The notes under the pieces were generated by a model. That model worked only from the letters and a program-made list of their open reading frames with translations. It was not told where the DNA came from and searched no databases. 35,854 nt of DNA from a virus (Duplodnaviria; Caudoviricetes): the IMG/VR virus record IMGVR_UViG_3300033406_000367, positions 1 to 35,854 of that record. The stretch is one strand, 5' to 3'. The position numbers and the translations under genes are program-made. This document shows positions 34,075 to 35,854 of this stretch, in pieces. How positions within the stretch are numbered: the first letter of the stretch is position 1; each line of letters starts with the position of its first letter.

Positions 34075-35636
34075 TGGCCGGCCCATGGGAAAAGTACAGC
34101 GCCCAGCCGGGCCCGGCCGCCGGGCCGTGGTCGAAGTATTCGGCCAAGGCGCCCGAAGCAACAGGCGAAGACCCGGCCGAAGGAATGACGCTGAATGTGG
34201 CCGGTTTTGATACGGGCGTTGCGCTTCCTTCGTCGGTTGCCCGTGGCCTGGCTGGCGCCGGTAAGGCGTTCATGGATGCCGGGCGCGGCCTTGGCCTTGT
34301 CGATTCTGCCGATGAAGGCACAAAGGCCGCCGAGGCGAAGCTGATGGAAACGACGGCCGGCAAGGTTGGAAACTTCGCCGGCAATGCCGCGCTGCTTGCG
34401 CCAACCGCGCTAATCCCTGGCGTGAATACAATTCGCGGCGCTGCATTGGTCAATGGTGTAGCCGGCGCGGCACTGACCGAAGGTGACATTGCGGATCGAG
34501 CCAAGGCCGCAGCCATCGGCGCAGCCGGTGGCGCTGGTGGTCAGGCAGCAATGAACGCCCTGGCTCGCGTTGTCCGACCGAACACGGCCGCCGACGTTCG
34601 TCAGCTACTCGATGAAGGAATCAGCCTGACGCCGGGCCAGATTCTCGGCGGTACGGCACGGCGTACCGAAGACGCGCTGACCAGCGTCCCGATCATCGGC
34701 GATGCAATCAAGTCGGCGCAGCGCCGAGGCATCGAGGACTTCAACCGCGTAGCGATTGGCCGGGCTGTTGATCCGATTGGCGGCCAGGTTGAAGGCGTCG
34801 GCCGCGATGCGGTCGCCAGCGCCAAGGCTCAGCTCGGCAAGGCATACGACGACCTTCTACCAAACCTTCAGGCCGATGCGCTCGATCAGCAGTTTGTCGG
34901 TAATCTGGCGAACCTGCGCGGCATGGCTCAGTCGATGCCAGCCAAGGAAGCGCAGCAGTTTGATTCGATCCTATCCCGTGAGCTTGACCAGCGCCTGGCG
35001 CCGAATGGCGTCATTTCTGGCGACAACCTCAAGGCGGCACAGGCCGGGCTACGCAACCAGGCCGAAGGCTTCGCAACGGCGACCGATGGCTATCAGCGGC
35101 AACTTGGGCAGGCGCTGAAGCAGGCAGAAAAGGAGTTGCGCCATCTTGTTTCTCGGTCGAATCCATCCAATGCATCTGAACTCGCAGCAATCGACAAAGG
35201 GTACGCGAATTTCAAGCGCACCCAGCGCGCAGCGGCCGGCGTAGGTTCCCAAGATGGCGTATTCACACCGGCACAACTTCAGTCGGCTGTGAAGGCGCTC
35301 GACAAGTCGAAAGACAAAGCGCGGTTTGCTCAAGGCGATGCGCTGATGCAGGATTTGACCGATGCCGGCAAGGCTCGGCTCAGTCAGACCGTCCCGGACT
35401 CCGGCACGCCGTTCCGGCTGGCGACCATGGCGGCTGTCGGCGCCGGCGCAATCAATCCTCTTGTTTCACTATCGGCTCTTGCCGGTGCCGGTCTTTACAC
35501 AAAAACAAGCCAAAAAGTTCTTTCAAAACTACTCGCCGAACGCCCGGAGATGGCAAATCAGATCGCCGCAATCATGCGCAAGCAGGGGGCTATTTCTGCG
35601 CGCACGGCAGGCGGCGCCGCAGCATTGTCTGACTAG
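34074..35636 (+). CDS. Probable DNA ejection protein (gp16-like position)
   Basis: GPWEKY/GPWSKY N-terminal repeat, Ala/Gly-rich helical sequence, LTPGQ and PDSGT motifs. Confidence 0.6.
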   Translation: MAGPWEKYSAQPGPAAGPWSKYSAKAPEATGEDPAEGMTLNVAGFDTGVALPSSVARGLAGAGKAFMDAGRGLGLVDSADEGTKAAEAKLMETTAGKVGNFAGNAALLAPTALIPGVNTIRGAALVNGVAGAALTEGDIADRAKAAAIGAAGGAGGQAAMNALARVVRPNTAADVRQLLDEGISLTPGQILGGTARRTEDALTSVPIIGDAIKSAQRRGIEDFNRVAIGRAVDPIGGQVEGVGRDAVASAKAQLGKAYDDLLPNLQADALDQQFVGNLANLRGMAQSMPAKEAQQFDSILSRELDQRLAPNGVISGDNLKAAQAGLRNQAEGFATATDGYQRQLGQALKQAEKELRHLVSRSNPSNASELAAIDKGYANFKRTQRAAAGVGSQDGVFTPAQLQSAVKALDKSKDKARFAQGDALMQDLTDAGKARLSQTVPDSGTPFRLATMAAVGAGAINPLVSLSALAGAGLYTKTSQKVLSKLLAERPEMANQIAAIMRKQGAISARTAGGAAALSD

Positions 35637-35854
35637 GGCCTGAAGTAGCGCTTCTTCAGCATCGCTTCGCGTTCTGGGTCCATGGGCGACGGCTCGCCGA
35701 CGCGCATCAGTAGGATGCGTTTAAGCGGGCCGTCTTTCATCTTCTGGACGCGGCGACGCACCGGCCAGCCGATAAGCCAGCACATGCCGAACAGGAAAAA
35801 CGGCGCAGCCATCGCCGCCAGGAATTTGATAAGCATCGAACCATTATAGGACAT
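35633..35854 (-). CDS. Small membrane protein convergent with the late operon (may be truncated by the window edge)
   Basis: N-terminal TM segment followed by basic residues; 4-bp overlap of stop codons. Confidence 0.55.
   Translation of the reverse strand: MSYNGSMLIKFLAAMAAPFFLFGMCWLIGWPVRRRVQKMKDGPLKRILLMRVGEPSPMDPEREAMLKKRYFRP

Larger units (their letters stand above)
149..35854. mobile_element. P22-like temperate prophage (right end outside the window)
   Basis: Integrase next to a host gene, lambdoid immunity region, replication genes, terminase, and P22-type portal, coat, gp4, gp10 and ejection genes. Confidence 0.95.

Noticed and set aside
1-35854. CRISPR array, tRNA/rRNA genes, reverse transcriptase or DGR
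   Set aside because: No regularly spaced long repeats, cloverleaf-like sequence or RT motifs seen by eye.

Overview
The window is almost entirely a temperate, P22-like (podovirus-type) prophage. It lies just upstream of a host ppsR gene, of which the first 42 codons are at the left edge. The right attachment site is not visible. In order: integrase and excisionase-like gene; a leftward early operon with YqaJ exonuclease and Bet; PL/OL; a ~4.7 kb rightward insert; cI/OR/cro/cII; DNA methyltransferase; DUF1376 and P-like replication genes; RusA; terminase; a Q-like gene with pR'/tR'; portal; lysin/holin-like pair; tail fibre; SGNH hydrolase; scaffold; coat; gp4/gp10-like proteins; DNA-ejection proteins. 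The most unusual part is the insert between cI and OL (~7115-11820). It holds a short, catalytically intact tyrosine recombinase, an XRE-HTH gene bracketed by two related 20-bp palindromes, one promoter, 11 unrelated co-oriented small genes, and a terminator. Ten of the 11 genes have an exact GGAAAA just upstream and one has AGAAAA. This looks like an integron-like, phage-borne gene-cassette array without canonical attC sites, but that reading is inference. All product calls come from motifs recognised by eye; no database searches were run.
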